Shown here: positions 52,201-64,000 of the stretch, piece by piece | Numbering within the stretch: the stretch's first letter is position 1 | Layout: the number at the start of each line of letters is the position of its first letter | Translations under genes and position numbers: made by a program | Assembly (NCBI RefSeq): GCF_033153115.1 | Contig: NW_026889774.1 | Coordinates: forward strand, 1-64,000 | Source: Saccostrea echinata | Taxonomy: Eukaryota | Direction of reading: 5' to 3' | DNA length: 64,000 bases | Notes under the pieces: model-generated | The model's input: the letters and a program-made list of their open reading frames with translations, nothing else | Databases searched by the model: none | Told to the model about the DNA's origin: nothing

Positions 52201-54934
52201 TAAAAGTCTAGAACATATATGTTTTTGGTGTTTGATTATGAATTAGAATGTCGATGTCATAGAATATTGAGAATTTTTATCATAATTTATATACTGAAAC
52301 GCAAAAGAAACGCAACATCCTATTTTAGAGGGGAAAATCATATAAAGGATATAATTTTGTATCTAAAAAGTACGGATATCTTCAACATTGTAAGTTTCGA
52401 TAATTTAACGGTTGAATGATTTTCATGCCATAACCGAAGTTAAGTTTGAGCCCGCTGAACAGAAATCAAAAATTGCATATTTAACAAAACATTTGACAAA
52501 AATATGGGGTTTTAAGGGTTTGTATCTGTTTAACACAAGTAATTCAGCAATATTTCGCAAAATAAATTCTCCTTTCGTTTCCGGAAGAGATGGCAAGGCT
52601 TCCTGAAAATGACTTAAGTACGCATTTCAAGTGCTCTAGCTGGAAAATCTGAAAATAAAGTTGATGGAGAATTGCAGATGCAAAAATGCACGACAACACG
52701 CCTCAACAGGCTCATACGTATCATTAGCATGAATGATAGTCCGTTGACCGGAAGTCCAAGTGTTACTACACTGCGCTAGGTTAGAGAAAATTCGACTTTA
52801 TCATCTGAAAAACGGACATTTAAAAATGGCAAAGAATATTTTTTTCGCTCAGATCCCGAGATTGATGAACTTACTGCATCGTGGAAATCAAGCTGCAATT
52901 GTTGTGCATGGCAGTCTTCCACGCTATAATTGAATGGCTGAGAAGGGAGGGTGTTTTAACAGTCATGTGTTACTTTCTAAAGTTAAAAGGTAATCATTTA
53001 ACATTGTTATCAAATCTTTGATGCTTTTAAATCGAGTTTAACTTAACTGTAATCAGTTTTGAAAATCATTAGTTAAAAGGTTCAAATATTTGTAGATTAC
53101 TGCTTGTTGCGTTTCTTTTGCGTTTCAGTATATTATTAAACTGGTTATTTAAAATAAAGAGGAAAATTCATAAAGTGTCAACAAAAACTGCCAAACATTT
53201 CTTTCTTCTGCTTTTATGTGGCAATGTCCCTTAAAAAATGTCAGAAGTTTCGTTGCAATTACAAAAATACCGAATCGATGGTACAGTTGTGTGTTTTACA
53301 AGGTCGGTGGAGGAAAGTAGAGACGAACTTTCAATGTACATGTAACAAATCATTTGGGTTACGGTATATCGTACGCGATCTTGATATATTGTGAATACCA
53401 ATTAGTATCAGTATGCCCTTGTAAAAATAATAGCTTTGATATGTATAATCTGCTTTATGGCAACGATATGATTTCTGAAAGGGTCAGTGCTTTTCAACAG
53501 AATCATTTATAAAACGAAAATAGATTGTGGCAACTGATTTCTATAATGAAAGTGGTGTAAAAATGTACACAATAAATGAATAATCTAACATATGTATGAT
53601 TCACTAAAATCTTACAATACCAAAATACGTACCATTAATTATTTCAAAGAGCCTTTGATAAGTTAATAATTAAGCCATATACACGGTGTAACACAGCCAT
53701 ACGCAAAGGGTTATTAAATATCTACTTTCGTTTTAAATACAGAAACAGGTACATGTTACGCCACGAACAGGAAAAGAACATAAATATAAATCTACAGTGT
53801 ATATGAAATACAATAGGCCCTTAATGGCTTTAATGATCAAATGAGCATAATACAAACTTAATTGTAAAGGATCAATGGAACAGGCAATACACTCAATTAT
53901 AAATCATACAAAATAAATTAAACTGATTGAGATATGCTGCTCAAAACAAGAGAAATATAGGATATGATCTGAGATCAACAAGATAGTTAGTCTGGAAAAA
54001 CAGCAACAGCTTGATCAGAAAGGAGGTCTGTTTGCTTGTCTGTATCTGCCAGTGCTAACCAAACTCAACAACACAACAGTGCTCGTGCAATACTACATAT
54101 TCACATATATAGTTACATATTGTAGACCAGCAGATTCCCTATACCGCTGGCCTCTTTTGGTTTTAGAATAATATTCAATGTACAAATATATGATTAAGAT
54201 ATTTTTTTGTGGTAAGTTAATTTAATATTTATTATTTACATGTTTACATACCACTTTTTAAAAACTGTCCTATTATGCATTAAAGATTTTCGTATAATTT
54301 TTTTTAATGCAATATGCCTATTAACTACACTATACCTGCAGTGATTAATTAAAATATGTAAATAGTAAAAGGTAACTTCTTTTCTTTCCGTGCATGATCA
54401 TAACAAAGCCCCAACCAGAATCCCTGACCCAAGAACCATGAATTTCATAATTTTGGAAGAAGCCCTCTTGTTCGTTATAATCATGCACTTAGTTTTTTTG
54501 CTAAATACCCAGGAGCAGAGAAATTCTAAGATTAAAAAAAAATGCATTTCCACTATATGACCAATAGACCCCCGATCTTAAACTTCAGAACTCCAGACCC
54601 AGGGACCACAAATTTCACATGAAAAGAAAATTAAAGATTTTTGAAGATTGCATTAGTTTTGATGGTTTTGCCCCATCCCTCAGTTTCCAGGGGACATAGA
54701 CAATGAAATCGATATTTTTTTCCCCCTTTTGTCCATAGATGCTATTACCCAAATTGGTTGAAATTGACTCAGCGGTTCCAGATAAGAAGCTAAAAATCTG
54801 ACAAGCAAAAGAATAAAATAATATACTAGTAATATAATAAAAAAAAAAGTAGGGGAGCAGCATCTAAATGAAAATTTAGTAGAGCAAAATACTATACTCA
54901 GAAAAAAGTGGGACTGAGCCTTCCTTTCCATCCC

Positions 54935-54998
54935 TATTCTCTTTAGAGAAGTGGACAGGCTTTTAGGCGAAAGCCTGTCCACTTCTCTAAAGAGAATA
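54935..54998. mobile_element. 64-bp perfect hairpin element with a 9-bp TSD
   Basis: 29-bp perfect stem TATTCTCTTTAGAGAAGTGGACAGGCTTT with loop TAGGCG; flanks TTCCATCCC and TTCCACCCC. Confidence 0.7.
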
Positions 54999-55358
54999 TT
55001 CCACCCCCACCCCCGCGTTCTACAGGCCTGCATGTTCTCAGTAGTGCGATTCCATGTGAGTGTTACTGTTAAAATTTTAGCATAAATTTTTAGAGAAATA
55101 ACGTAGAAATTACTTACCAATTGTTTAAGTAAATTACAGTATTATAAAGTTTAAGTAAATTACAGTATTATAAAATTCAGCAGCAATAAATGGCAAATGA
55201 AATAACGTACACATATAATTTCACAGAAAATCCCCATCACTGTACTGCACATTTAATTGATCATTAAGTTTAGGAATAATCCATCAAATTATACTCTGTA
55301 TGTTATATATAATGCTGTTTTTGACATTCATCATCATTCTGTGTTAAAGACCCTCACC

Positions 55359-58300
55359 ATGAAAAGCATAGAAACTCTCTCTTGGAAAAACTTGAGTGCG
55401 TTGGTGGTATTTCTAGCCTCCTGTCTTCTTGTTAAGGTACGAATTTACTTCACTTTTTATGAGTTAACTTGTAATATTTCTTAATACATGTATCTATTAG
55501 TGGGATCCAAGGGTTGATTATTATTCTATACTACGTGTTCTACATTCCCAAACGCCCCAGCCCCATTAAATAGGTTTTTCGAATACAGACAATTTGTTTA
55601 TCTTTTCTTTTTGTTTGTTTGTTAATGTGTTTGTTTTTATTTTTTGCTTGACCAAAAACTTCTGATTTATTTTTTGGTGTTTTGTTTTCGTTGTTTTGAT
55701 TATTTTTTTTTTTATTAATTTTATTTATTTATTTTTGGAGTGGGAGTGAGTCCCTCTCTCCTGGAAAAAAATTCTGAATCCGCGCATGAAGTCTTCATAT
55801 TTTTATTATATTACAATATACACGCGCATATCCAGGATTTTTTCTCAGGGGGTTCAAAACCCACCCACCCCCAAAAATCCGACTCAGAATTGTTGAAAAT
55901 CAAAACAATGCAACTTAAAAAAAAAGAACAAAGATAACAAAACCATAAACAACTAGTCAAAATCCGAAAAACCTTTACGTGGCCGTTTCAGAAATTTTGG
56001 AATGATGGAACAAAAGAATATTATAAAAATATTGATAAACCAAAAAAAAAAAGCCTTGATACTACATGTATAATGATGTAATAATTTTGAAAATTTCGGG
56101 AAGGTCTGGACCCACTCTATTCCATCTAAACCCGCACATGATGTAAAGCATGCACTGTAAAAAATGTGTTTAGATGATAGACACATTTCTAAGCACATTC
56201 TTGTCACACTTTTTTTAATGCGTTTAAATTTTAAACATGTTGAATTTCAGTACGCGTAATGGAAAGTGTTTTAAACCTAAATACATACATGTTTAGAGTT
56301 TAAACGCAATTCTAAACACTTAGATTCGCGTTTAGAAGCTAAACACTTCAATGTTTTAAACAAGGATCTGCAAGAAAACCAAAAATGTAACAGGTGTGTC
56401 CGTTTCAAGTTTTATTTACTTCTGAACATCATATTAAAATGATAAAAAAAAAAGGCCTAACACACAGTAAAGTGTTCTCACGCAGTCACGGAATCATTGT
56501 CCGGTGGAATTCCTTTTACTTGTGAATGGTTTCCATTGTTTGTCACAAAGTCTTTTAGATGTTTTGACATATAAAACTATCTGGCATCTGAAGAGTTAGT
56601 AACATCCAAGTTGTTGAATTGTCTGCATTTTGTACCAGTAGCACAATACAAAGTAAATATATATGTAAAAGACTCCAGCTATGGTGTGCTTCTTGCAGTG
56701 TGATGCAATACGGATCACTATTTCAAATCCGTCGTGATGTAAACAAAGCAGCAGGTTATCTGGATAATCTTGAAGGTATTTTCTACGGCAGTATAATTCA
56801 CATCCAGTATCAGAAATGAATTTTGTTCTTTCTCTCGGCTATCCAATTAAGTTAACCTGTATGAAAGGACGTACGTTGCATAAGTAACAGTATGTGCTCC
56901 TCACTGAACATGCTGAAGTTTTACATCAATTACTAAGCATATAAAAAATGTTTAAATAAATATTATTGCAACTATAGATTCAATATTTACTCTCATTAAT
57001 GAATACATGATATGACACCGAAAGACATCCTTGATATAAAGTGCAATGTTATTTACTTTGCTCATCATGTTTATTTTATATAAAAACAAAAGCATACATA
57101 CCCTATAGCAATAACAATGAGCCTTTCACATGTTTTTTCACTATTTCTGCGGTGGTTGGCACTCAAATTCTCATCAGCTTTCTTGAAAACATCGTTTACT
57201 GTTTTGTTTTGATTTTCTTTGTTTCGACAACCGCGCTTATTAACGTTCAAATGTGTATCATTTCCGGGAAGATAACTCTGCACTTGACCGAATTTAAAAC
57301 AAAAAAACATGTTCAATATCTAAACGCGTATAGATTTTAAATACATTTAGACATAAGTGTTTTGTTTTTAAACACAATATCAAACACGTTTAGATCTAAA
57401 CACGTAATGGAAGTGTTTATTTCCTAAGCACATTTTTTACAGTGCACTAGTATCAATCATGTACAAATTAGTTTCGTTACAGTTAATATTCAAAACGTAA
57501 GCCGAACATTTACCATGTATACAAGCTGACTTTTCACTGTTTGGTAGAAATAAAGTCTGTATGTAAATGTAGCTCATCATAACAAAAACGGTCTTTTTTT
57601 CCTTTAAAAACATAAATCTTAGTTTTAAAAAAACAATTCTCTTTTACATTAAACAAGAAATTGATTTCAGTTTTTGATACTGCATGTATTTACATGTATT
57701 TATATTATGGCAATTTACAGAATGTTGTGTTTGAGAAGACATTATATCAAATAATTGTATCTGATCACAAACTTGTGTCTTTTTGTCGATAAAATATGTT
57801 CAATTCAAATGCCAGCAATAACTTACAAAAAGCAGAACTAAAAATATTATTGTAGACAGGAAATGAATTAATTGATAATATTAATGAACAATAAATTTCG
57901 ATTATATGTAATAAATACCAACTTTGATAGTATCGAGGTTTGCCTTCTACTAAAGTCTTACATTTCAACATTTGGTAGTTAGAGGCAGCACATGTTGTTA
58001 TCCTCAATGAAATGTTATTGTTCAGAAAAATACAGACGATGACATAATTTTCCTGTTGGTATTTATGATAACACTCTGAACCAAGATCTGTCATCAAGTT
58101 TTTACTGCAGGTTCATAAACTTTTTCTGTTCATTATAGCCCAAGTTACAATTCAATGGTATGAATTTTAAAATTAATTGCAACATATGCTTCAATTCGAA
58201 TGATTTAGAATGATGCAGTGCTGACCAGCGGGTATTAATCGAAATGTTCATTTTGCATTTTTAACAATACAAACAGTAAAACACGCTTATAGCAAACTCG

Positions 58301-60273
58301 TTTATAATGAATTGACTCTTACAGCAAAGCAATTTTCATTCCCCATGACTTTAAATGTATATTGTAAACTGAAGGGGTATAATGAATTACATTATAACGA
58401 AGTAAAATCGTCCTTCCCTGGCACTTCGTTATAAGCCTGTTTTACTGTATACAAAACAAATGAAAGATTATACAATATAAATGATTTTTTTACAGTAAAA
58501 ATGAAAATTATACAATATACAAACGGAAAATTTTACAATACAAAAAAAATATTATATAGTTATACAATGGAAAAGATCGAATATTGCAACGTTTGATATG
58601 CCATCATTTTATTTTAATGACATTTGTATGGCAAGTTCTGTGACATGCAAAACATCAACTTGCAAGAACAATCATCCTCCCCACTCAACAAAGTGCGTGT
58701 ATTGCGTATTAAACTTAGCAATATTCAATCTTTTTCATTTCTATTCTATAATTGTCCATTTATATCATACTGAATATTTCTCTTTTTTCATATCTATTCC
58801 ATAATTGCATACTTTCAACTGGAAACAGAGAAAGGTCCGTTCGGGGTGACATACACTGCTGCTTGCGACAGGAAATGATCTAGTTTTCTACTACTATTAT
58901 TTTAATTTGCAAATGACGCAGTATGTCAATAATGCTTTTTTAAATTCACAAATATAATCTTTTGAATATGGCATTATCAGGGTGAATGGACAACACTTCG
59001 ACCGACGAGAGACATGGAGTACAAGTTTGATTCAATCACCCGAACAATAAAGGGATTGCCAGATGGAGGCAAGAAAGCTTTCTTTACTATCCTGATGCAG
59101 GCACCAAATAATGCCTCTCCCGCTCAAAGTGACGACAGAGTGACATGGCGCAAATGTAAGTTTATAATAGGGGGAATAACTATAGTCAATAAATTTATAG
59201 TGAAATGAAACTAGCGTATAGAATGATGAAATTTTATTTTCTTTCGTCAAACTGTTATATAATTTTCTCGACGAAGTCGAGATGAGCTTACGCTATGTCC
59301 TTGGCGTTGGCGTACAGGTATGGGTTTGAGGAGCAAGTCCATTCCTAAGTAGCTATAAGCCCTACCTGGACCAAACTTGCATGGATAATATATCTTGGGA
59401 TGGACACTACAAGACATGCTTCGGATGCTGGATCTGACCTGCATTTTCCAGATGAGTAATTAGATTAGTTTTGGAGCAGTTAAGTCCATTCCCATTTAAC
59501 TATAAGCTCGGCACTATGATGCATCTAGGGATGGACACACCCAGACTTGCTTCAGATGCTGGATCTGACCTACATTTACCAGATGAGTGACCAAGTTAAA
59601 GTTTTTGGAGCAAGCCTATTCTAAAGTAACTATATAAGCCCAACCTGGACCAAAATTGCATGGATAAAGCATTCTAGGGATACATTCGTCTAGGTGAGCT
59701 TTGTAATCTTTGATCACCTATGTTTTATATTTTACAATGACGTCTTTATATCTGTTCGTAGTATCCGAGGGCCCAGTAAATGGCGTTTCGCGGTTTGAAG
59801 CAACACTGAACAACAGCGTGTCAGTGCCGGGATACAGAATACCTAAAATCTGGCTCTCGGCTGGCAACGATGAATTTTCGTTCCAAATGAACGAAATCTC
59901 ATCCCAAGAAAGCCAAATCAGATTTAATGGAAATTCATGTCAGTTTGGAGTTCAACAAAAGCAAGATCCCGAGGGAAAAGTAATTTTCAAGATCATGTTA
60001 AAAAATTGCAATAGTGTTCCATATTGTTATCTGAATATGACGAGGAAAATTAGGGATACTTGGATTTTAACATCCGACTACTTTACACAGACCGAGGAAA
60101 TGACGTCACCAGAGGACATCACGTATAGAATATGCACCGTTGACAAAGCTGCAGTTCAAAATGACGGATTGAAATTGAAGCTCGAGTTTATTTTCTCCAT
60201 GTTCAACGAAAAATTCGGAGAAGAATTGTTTGAAGGTTTCATGTACCGATATAATCTTATGCAAATAAAATAA
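55359..60273 (+). CDS. Uncharacterised predicted secreted protein, 254 aa, 3 coding exons
   Basis: Exon 55359-55436 (CACCATG start; MKSIETLSWKNLSALVVFLASCLLVK|gtacga), exon 58981-59155 (cag|GEWTTLRPT...WRK, T|gtaagt) and exon 59762-60273 (tag|...NLMQIK*) join in frame to 765 nt. A TATA-like TATATAA lies at ~55306 and AATAAA at ~60341. Confidence 0.75.
56153..57444. mobile_element. CACTG-ended (EnSpm/CACTA-like) non-autonomous element in intron 1 of the orphan gene
   Basis: TIR CACTGTAAAAAATGTG(T/C)TTAG and subterminal AAACAC/GTGTTT repeats. The TSD is not clean. Confidence 0.65.
59262..59725 (+). mobile_element. Short HINE in intron 2 of the orphan gene
   Basis: 5' hairpin TCTCGACGAAGTCGAGA, (TTGGCG)n, about 2.5 internal units (GGATGGACAC..GCTGGATCTGACCT), and a 3' GGTGAGCT end. 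Confidence 0.55.
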
Positions 60274-61049
60274 CGATGAAAGAGACAGCTATAGATATGT
60301 ACTGAATCACATCATGGCTCGTGCTTTTGATAGCTTCTGAAATAAAACAAATTTTTATGACCAAAGTTGTTTATTTTTTATTTAACAATTGCCTATTGGA
60401 AATATTCATTCAGACACAATTTTAAATGTCAAGGGGATTAACATTGCCTCTAAGGTTAGACAATGCATTCTTTACATATTAAGATGGCGTTTCTATCATT
60501 ACAATTTAATAGACCAATCGATTACTAATACTAGGCTTTAGGGAAAATAATGAGCAAACAGGCCTTAAACAGGGAATTTTACTACATATACAGAGAGAGA
60601 GGGGGGGGGGAGAGATCCTGAATATACTGTACATATTTATTTCAGCAGATGTCGCTGTTTTTAAGCGGTTAGCATATTCGCTAAACGCTTTATGTCATGT
60701 AACCAAAAGTCTTGCGCAACCACCGAGTAACCACCGCAACCTCTCGGGCCTCTCTGACCTCTGACAGCCAAATGCTCGGCTTGAATGTATCAAAAATATA
60801 TACTGGTACGTAAATTGAATAAACATCGTAAGAATTGCTTTGATTTCATTTTATTTCGCATGTATAACAATATATATCAAATTAAAAATGTTATCTAAAA
60901 TATAATACACAAATGTATATATAAAAGTCAAGTCTCTGCCCCCTTTTAATGGCATTCCATAAAAACGGGGATGATTTTCAACAGCTCCTTTCACTATGCA
61001 TATCAAAAGTTTTAGTATATCCATGGACTAACAATCATGTACGAAATGG

Positions 61050-61336
61050 GCCATAAGGGTTAGACGCTCGCTTAGAAGAACTCTTGAGGTCCGAGGATTC
61101 AATTTTTAATCCAATGCCGCGTCAAAATCTAAGGCATTTAGTGACTGCCTTTGCTAAGTTTTCGGCGTTAAAAGTAAAAGTCATGGGTCTTTTGGATATT
61201 ACCTTTAAAAAGGAGGTCGCATAAATAATGATACCGTGCATAAATCAAAATTGTGATACTTCACCTAAAGCGGATAATCTCTTTATTTGGGTGAATAATT
61301 CTAAAATGGCGTAAAGCAACACTCAATTATCAATCA
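61050..61336 (+). mobile_element. Degenerate copy of the same SINE family
   Basis: Shares GCCGCGTCAAA..CTAAG, AAGTCA(T/C)GGGTCTTT.GGAT and an AATC-type tail with the 51372-52200 SINE. Confidence 0.5.
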
Positions 61337-62217
61337 CATGTAACCTTAGGAAATTCCTCTCACCCTTGGCATTTCATTTTTTAAGACAGGGCTGCTGTTC
61401 TTGTAGCTAATAATGCTACTAAAGATGTGTGTTGCTTCCTGAAATTCAATTAGATTGAGTCCTCTCAACACTCAGGTAACCCAAACTATTTGGATATAGC
61501 TTAAACGTTTTTTTTTTTGTGTATTTATTCAAAAGAAACATGTGCTTTAACTGAAAGTTTAGAATATGAAATAATATACATGTACATAAGCTGATAGCCT
61601 TCACTTCCATTTATTAGATTTTTCTGCAATATAGTAAACATGAAGTTACTTTTTATGTTTATAAGAGGTTAACATGTAAATTTTGGTGTTGGTTTAAAGT
61701 GGTTATGACATGTGTAGGAGTTGCCTAACACACCCACCCTCTTGAGTTTTCCCATTACCCTAATGCTAATACGGACGAATTTCATAACAAATACTATAGC
61801 ATCATTAACCAATCAACATTTATCATTAAATTGGATCATTAGCCTACTGATTCATGCAGTTTTTAAAGGAAAAATACTACTTGAAAATTTAAGGTCATTG
61901 TAGGCCGCAAAACGGCCTTATAGAGAATGGTCCTTCAGCGTAAATAAAGTTCAACAGACAAAATTAATTTAAGGGAGCCGACTGGGGTTTTCATTGCGCA
62001 ATACTTCGCGCAGCATAGTAAAATAAAGCGTATTTACTCTTTTAAAGATAAACATGTATGTATATTTCAAATATGAATTAGTAAAAAATAAATTAATAAA
62101 GAGTAATTTTCCTTTTTGGAAAATTCTATAAACATTTATACTGAGAAAAATTGGATGGAAAAAATGAAACAATAAATAATTAAATAGATAAAGGATATTC
62201 AATGTTTTGTACTTGGC

Positions 62218-62328
62218 TATGGAATTTATTTCACAATTGGGACAGGATGATTTGATATTTTCCCCGAGTGCGAAGCACGAGTGAAAATATCAAATCATCC
62301 TGTCTCACGAGTGAAATAAATTCCATAT
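62218..62328. mobile_element. Palindromic MITE-like element
   Basis: TATGGAATTTATTTCAC..GACAGGATGATTTGATATTTTC mirrored around GTGCGAAGCAC. Confidence 0.7.
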
Positions 62329-62717
62329 CCAACTACTAAACATCGATTTTCCTGTCAATTACATTTTATTTGAATTAACTTTTTCCTAGAGTCGTCTTTT
62401 ACTACTTAGCACAGCGCCATTGAATATTTTTCATCGTATTTGGAGAAACTTTGGCAGTTTAGTCTCTGTCAGGATGGTTTACTTTCCCTATCTTATAACA
62501 GGTCAAGGATTATTTTTTTTTTACAACACTCTTGTAAAGGTAGGGAAAACTGAGAGCTTTGACGCACTTCCAATATTCTTTCGCATTGTGACAAAATTTC
62601 ACTTTTATACAGTATTTCACTTGAAAATGTAATAAATATGTTAAATAGGATAGTATTATATAAATCATATTTTCGGATATATTTAAGCATCCGATATCTT
62701 CAGCACTGTGGCAAAAA

Positions 62718-64000
62718 CTACTTTGAACTTAGCATATCAAAAACAACTTTAGTTGGTTTTCCATTCGGCATCATTTTGCCCTCTACCGTAATTTCCGTGC
62801 TCCCCATTGTCATGGTAACGTCCACTTGCCGATCGAGTCCCCCTTTCGTGTCGGCCATCTGCACTACTAAACGTCCAAGCCTTTCACAACCAAGGTCAGT
62901 TGTGTACCGCGGATTTTCTTCTGTTGATGTGTAAATATCAATCGCCATTTCAGTTGTATCGGCTGCCAAGGGAAAAACAGGAAGTGTTGCTGGTTCTTCC
63001 ACTTCAAATTCGTCGTTGATGGTAACAAACTTTTCGAAATGATCCCCACACAGTACTTCTTTTCCTCGTTTTACCTTTTTGGTGACGTCATCACCTTCGA
63101 GCCATAATCGCATTAAACGAGAACCATAAGTGAACGGTGATCTGCGCGTGCGTACTACTTCCGGCCAATGGCGATAAATAACAGCTCCTTGTAGTACAGC
63201 CATGTCTGGATCGTTCGGAACAATAACATTTATGTCTTTAAATACGTCTTTTATAGTTTTAGAGACAATAGAACTTTGAGAAAATCCTCCTACCATCATG
63301 ATGTCGCTCACATGATCGACGCGACGATCCGCTAAAATTTCGCGCACTAGCTTTACAATACTTGTGACAGAGGGTTGAAATACATTCTTAACTATCTCTT
63401 TATCAATATACAATTTCCCAGATTTATAGCGCAGACCTTTCAAACTACTGATATGTTCCTCGAAATTATTATCATTGTTGGTGAAGATTTCAATCAAATC
63501 TGCAGGTAAATTTATTTTCAAACTGTCCTTGCTGTCGAATTTAAGAGTCCGTTTCTTTTGCTCTATCTCTGTTTCTAGGTCGTAAAATGCTGCTTTGCAT
63601 TTATTTTCGTTTTTAAAGGTAGACATGGAATCTTTTCCAAATACACTCTCAAAAAACTCGAAGAATCTGATGTTAACTGATTCCCCTCCCATTCCGTTTC
63701 CACAAACTCGGTGCAATTCTCTTAATGTTCTGTCTTTGAGAACCTCCTTCACGCTGATGTCAACTGTACCTCCTTTAAAATACGTCATAAATTTTATTAA
63801 TTCCTAAATATCTTAACCTCTGCATTCATGATATTAAACTAATAAGACTCTAAGAAAAAGATTTTTTTCTTTTAAGCTTGATATCCAAATACTTCATCGT
63901 TTATACCCATGTATTTTAATCAAAACATACCTCCTAGATCCAGCACCATAAACTGTGTTCCAGGTTTAAATGGAACTAGCTGGTGCTCATCAGCTGACAA
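62718..64000 (-). CDS. HSPA12A: Second HSPA12-like paralogue, 3' part; truncated by the window end
   Basis: Exons 64000-63931 (LVPFKPGTQFMVLDLG) and 63772-62718 (GGTVDISVKEV...MMVGGFSQ...AVLQGAVIYRHWPEV...). The intron position (DLG|GGT) matches the first copy, and the proteins are colinear and clearly similar. Confidence 0.92.

Noticed and set aside
56560-57340. Transposase or accessory ORF inside the CACTG element
   Set aside because: There are only short ORFs with no motif I can recognise; a translated HMM search would be needed.

Overview
AT-rich, intron-rich animal genomic DNA. The repeat types and tandem HSPA12 genes point to a bivalve, probably an oyster (inference). I reconstructed genes by hand from GT-AG junctions and reading-frame continuity: the last 20 coding exons of BLTP1/KIAA1109 (+, 4490-21411); a complete KIF3A (-, 26448-39278, about 705 aa); COA5 (+, 41743-43536), head-to-head with KIF3A and absent from the ORF track; a complete HSPA12-like gene (-, 45696-49015); a 3-exon, 254-aa predicted secreted protein I cannot assign to any family (+, 55359-60273); and the 3' part of a second HSPA12 paralogue (-, 62718 to the window end). 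Introns and intergenic DNA are dense with non-autonomous mobile elements: Helentron-type HINEs with internal satellites, TIR elements with clear TSDs (some nested), SINEs, palindromic MITEs, and miniature LTR elements whose LTRs contain a tRNA-like sequence. The best leads are the orphan secreted gene between the HSPA12 paralogues, three independent minisatellites built from copies of a 5' splice junction, the tRNA-LTR TRIMs, and a candidate KIF3A microexon. There is no prokaryotic-type system or CRISPR array. Family assignments come from recalled motifs, not database searches.
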